From Octopus vulgaris (lineage: Eukaryota): a DNA stretch of 64,000 bases. The position numbers and the translations under genes were made by a program. Under the pieces are notes generated by a model that was not told where the DNA came from, did not search any database, and saw nothing but the letters and a program-made list of their open reading frames with translations. Positions 63,961 to 64,000 of the stretch are shown in pieces (positions within the stretch are counted from its first letter, which is position 1; every line of letters begins with the position of its first letter). The DNA is taken from assembly GCA_951406725.2 (NCBI GenBank), contig OX597829.1, forward strand, positions 50,530,001-50,594,000, written 5' to 3'.

Positions 63961-64000
63961 ATACATATTTTATCTGAATTTGCGCTTGTAATCTGGGAAT

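Overview
Repeat-dominated animal genomic DNA. The SINE, MITE and microsatellite content suggests a coleoid cephalopod, probably Octopus; this is my inference from pattern recognition, not a database result. Only one convincing host coding exon is present: the first coding exon of a membrane-anchored short-chain dehydrogenase/reductase (SDR16C/retinol-dehydrogenase-like, 41234-41512, +). No later exon was recognised, so the rest of the window is probably its intron. Almost all other ORFs in the track are microsatellite artefacts or transposon debris: R4/Dong-type RLE LINEs at (TAA)n tracts, a CR1-like 3' end, mariner, a gypsy-like gag-pol relic, TTAA-flanked MITEs, a Helentron-like element and tRNA-derived SINEs. 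The most notable signals are as follows. (1) A decayed Penelope-like retroelement (RT, Cys linker, GIY-YIG; minus strand, ~48.8-52.35 kb). After a MITE is removed and two frameshifts are repaired, its ORF runs upstream into a Ulp1/SENP-like cysteine-protease C-terminal half. (2) This element sits inside a ~10-kb fold-back with ~2-kb inverted arms that carry inward-facing promoter-like motifs. (3) Several distinct short non-coding repeat families carry minimal hammerhead-ribozyme-like folds, including a G3:C8 compensatory variant and palindromic head-to-head insertions. (4) Two homogeneous tandem arrays (93 bp and 63 bp units) arose from SINE segments.
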